From Gammaproteobacteria bacterium (GTDB taxonomy: Bacteria > Pseudomonadota > Gammaproteobacteria > UBA4575), in contig CBDEUS010000001.1 in assembly GCA_965243395.1 (NCBI GenBank), positions 96,001-160,000 of the forward strand: DNA of 64,000 nt. The letters run 5' to 3'. A program made the translations under genes and the position numbers. Shown here piece by piece: positions 61,816 through 64,000 of the stretch. Under the pieces are notes generated by a model that was given only the letters and a program-made list of their open reading frames with translations, made no database searches and was not told where the DNA came from. Within the stretch, counting starts at the first letter, position 1. Each line of letters opens with the position of its first letter.

Positions 61816-62826
61816 TTATGAGCGCGGGCAAGAAATTTTTGGACAAGACTTCAGCGTCGATTTAGATGTCGATTGTGTAATTTCCCGCTTTGAGTCAAGA
61901 AATTCTGGATTGCTTGAATCCAAAGAAATTGCACATTGAATGGAGTTCAATGACGGTTGATAGCAAGATTGCGCCAATAGGCTGTAAGCAAGATTATTAT
62001 ATACGTCAGCACGTTGCGGTTTGATTTCACTTGCGCGTAAATAATAACGTGTAGCATCTTTCGGATTACCAAGTGTTAGGTATGTGTTCGCTGCCCCCAT
62101 TACGGCAACAAAACTTTCCGGCCAACGATTGGTAATCGCTTGATAGGATTTATTTGCAGCTTGAATTTGACCTACTTCTTCTAAATCTACAGCAGCTTGT
62201 AAAATATTAATTTGATTTCTGTCGTTTGGTAATGTGCCGGCAGGTAATGTAACCATGGCCCAACGATTGGAGCGTTTCCAGGTATGCTCAAAAACGCTCA
62301 TGGAGACGGAATAGTTTTTATTTTTTCCAGTATGTAAATAAATACGTTTTTTATCTAGGTCATAACCTATCACTACAGCATAGTGCCATACTGGATAGTA
62401 CTTAATTGCTTTGTTTTGCAAAATAATTACGGGATGTCCAACAGAAACTTCGGCCAGCAAGTACACAAGTTCAGGGGTAAGTTCATAAGCAAGCATGCCG
62501 CGTTTGCGTACCGCAGCTTTCATTTCTACCTGAAAACTGCCTTTGCGGCCTGGTATGAATACATCTTTAGCAAGTTCTTGTGGGGTCAGATTCATGCCAT
62601 GGAAATTCATCGTCATCGCTAATGTTGATGGACCACAATGAAATTCTTTTTGCGGATAGAAAGGTACGTTTTTTACAAACGCTTTAGTAGGTAAGTCTTT
62701 GGGACGTTCGTTACTTAATTGTCGGGTTTGCGGAGCTACACACGAAGCCAATAATGAAAATGAAATTGCAATGAAGCAAAGTTTTAAAAGACTACATTGA
62801 GAATACTTTAGCTTGTGGTAGAGCAA
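61816..62826 (-). CDS. PA2778-like C39-type cysteine peptidase lipoprotein with TPR
   Basis: Lipobox LLASC, VPFYPQ...CGP, WHYAVVIGYD and a TPR-like C-terminus. Confidence 0.85.
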   Translation of the reverse strand: MLYHKLKYSQCSLLKLCFIAISFSLLASCVAPQTRQLSNERPKDLPTKAFVKNVPFYPQKEFHCGPSTLAMTMNFHGMNLTPQELAKDVFIPGRKGSFQVEMKAAVRKRGMLAYELTPELVYLLAEVSVGHPVIILQNKAIKYYPVWHYAVVIGYDLDKKRIYLHTGKNKNYSVSMSVFEHTWKRSNRWAMVTLPAGTLPNDRNQINILQAAVDLEEVGQIQAANKSYQAITNRWPESFVAVMGAANTYLTLGNPKDATRYYLRASEIKPQRADVYNNLAYSLLAQSCYQPSLNSIQCAISLDSSNPEFLDSKREITQSTSKSTLKSCPKISCPRS

Positions 62827-63008
62827 ATTATCTTAGGTCATAAATTAGAATAGAGTTAATTATAAACTCACTTCGTTCTTCAGCAAGAAATGATCTAGAT
62901 AGAGGGAAGGCTCAACACAAAAGTGTTGATAAGCAAAGATAGTTTTAAATAGTTTATCGCTCGATAGTTGTTATGCCACCGAGCGATATTATTCAGTTCA
63001 AAGGTAGG

Positions 63009-63380
63009 CTAAATGCCGGTAAAGATGTCGGTGATGCCAGCAAGTTCTAGAATTAATACAACTAAAACAATAATTAAGATGACTACTCCCGCATCACCCG
63101 CAGCTGGTAATTCGTCAAACTTCTCTGCTAATTGAGTTACTTCAGAATCGGTTAATAAATCTACGCGCTCTTGAGCTTGTTTAACCGTTAAACCATTCAT
63201 TTCGAGCATAGACCGTACTTCGTCGCGCGTCATTAAGTTGCGTAGGTTTTCACGGTCTTGCTGAAGGGTTTGCTCAGACAAGAAGCTATCTGTTCCAACG
63301 ATACCCGCAAAAGCAGGCGAAATTTGTACAAAAGTAAATGAAATAATTAAAAGGTAAATGAAAGATTTACTAAGTCTCAT
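63009..63380 (-). CDS. PA2779-like protein
   Basis: Signal peptide, RVDLLTDSEV, LPAAG and a hydrophobic tail ending GITDIF; precedes the PA2778-like gene. Confidence 0.8.
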   Translation of the reverse strand: MRLSKSFIYLLIISFTFVQISPAFAGIVGTDSFLSEQTLQQDRENLRNLMTRDEVRSMLEMNGLTVKQAQERVDLLTDSEVTQLAEKFDELPAAGDAGVVILIIVLVVLILELAGITDIFTGI

Positions 63381-63488
63381 GCTTGACTCCTCTAGTTAGC
63401 ATCTTCCTTAATATTGTTGGGGTTTATTGGCCTAAGGTCAAGTCCAAAATAATGATTATGCGCTAAGCCATTGAGTAGTCCTTTAAGA

Positions 63489-64000
63489 CTAATTTTGACG
63501 CGGAAAGACCACTAAATGTTCCAAATCGAGTTTAATCCCAATGGGTTCACCGATCTGGTGGTTATGGTGGCTGGGCGCATAGCAGAGTACGGAATTGCCA
63601 CTTTGTAAGCGTAATTTGTATAAAAACTCTGCACCACGAAAACGTTTTTCCTCTACCAGTGCAGTGATTGGGCTACTGTCGTCATGCGGAATATCATCTG
63701 GGCGCACCAGAAGATCGACCTTTTCTCCCTGTTGATAGTGGTTGTTTAATGCTCCCCTGATAGGGCCAAATTCTGTATCCAAAGTTTCACTATCCAATAC
63801 CGTTGCCGGAACCATACTACCCAGGCCTACGAAATCAGCTACAAATCTGGTCTTGGGTTTATGATAAATATTATATGCTGTATCCCATTGAGCGATCTTT
63901 CCGTCATTCATAACTCCAATTTCATCTGCCATAGCAAATGCTTCATGTTGATCATGTGTGACTAATACTGCTGTGACATGTTCATGTTTTAAAATTTTAC
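63489..64000 (-). CDS. ABC transporter ATP-binding protein (FbpC/PotA-like), 5' end outside the window
   Basis: VTHDQHEAFAMADEIGVM H-loop and a TOBE-like C-terminus; the frame runs to the window edge. Confidence 0.88.
   Translation of the reverse strand, partial: KILKHEHVTAVLVTHDQHEAFAMADEIGVMNDGKIAQWDTAYNIYHKPKTRFVADFVGLGSMVPATVLDSETLDTEFGPIRGALNNHYQQGEKVDLLVRPDDIPHDDSSPITALVEEKRFRGAEFLYKLRLQSGNSVLCYAPSHHNHQIGEPIGIKLDLEHLVVFPRQN

Overview
AT-rich gammaproteobacterial chromosome segment. Most of it is housekeeping: tpx, lgt-thyA-folA, lptD-surA-pdxA-rsmA-apaG-apaH, mrdA-rodA-mltB-rlpA-dac-dat-ybeD-lipB-lipA, amgK-murU, argA, argE, ilvD. It also carries a serine-cycle/C1 cluster (5-formyl-THF cyclo-ligase, fhcD/ftr-like, folD, sgaA, mclA, mtkAB, hpr-like, ppc, mtdA), a probable Na+-pumping pyrophosphatase and a BacNav-type channel with a TLEDWTD filter. 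The most unusual structure is at 20.0-22.3 kb. There, five copies of a 30-nt imperfect hairpin (9-nt arm, 12-nt conserved loop, 9-nt arm; consensus about AATGTCCGC-TATYGRCCCAAA-GCGGACATT) separate single, co-oriented, unrelated small genes, one gene per interval. This resembles a gene-cassette array but lacks attC signatures, and no integrase is present in the window. Degenerate solo copies appear to precede orphan ORFs elsewhere. A hicAB/MarR islet with a perfect 27-bp palindromic operator splits an RND efflux pair. All calls come from motif recognition by eye; no database searches were run.
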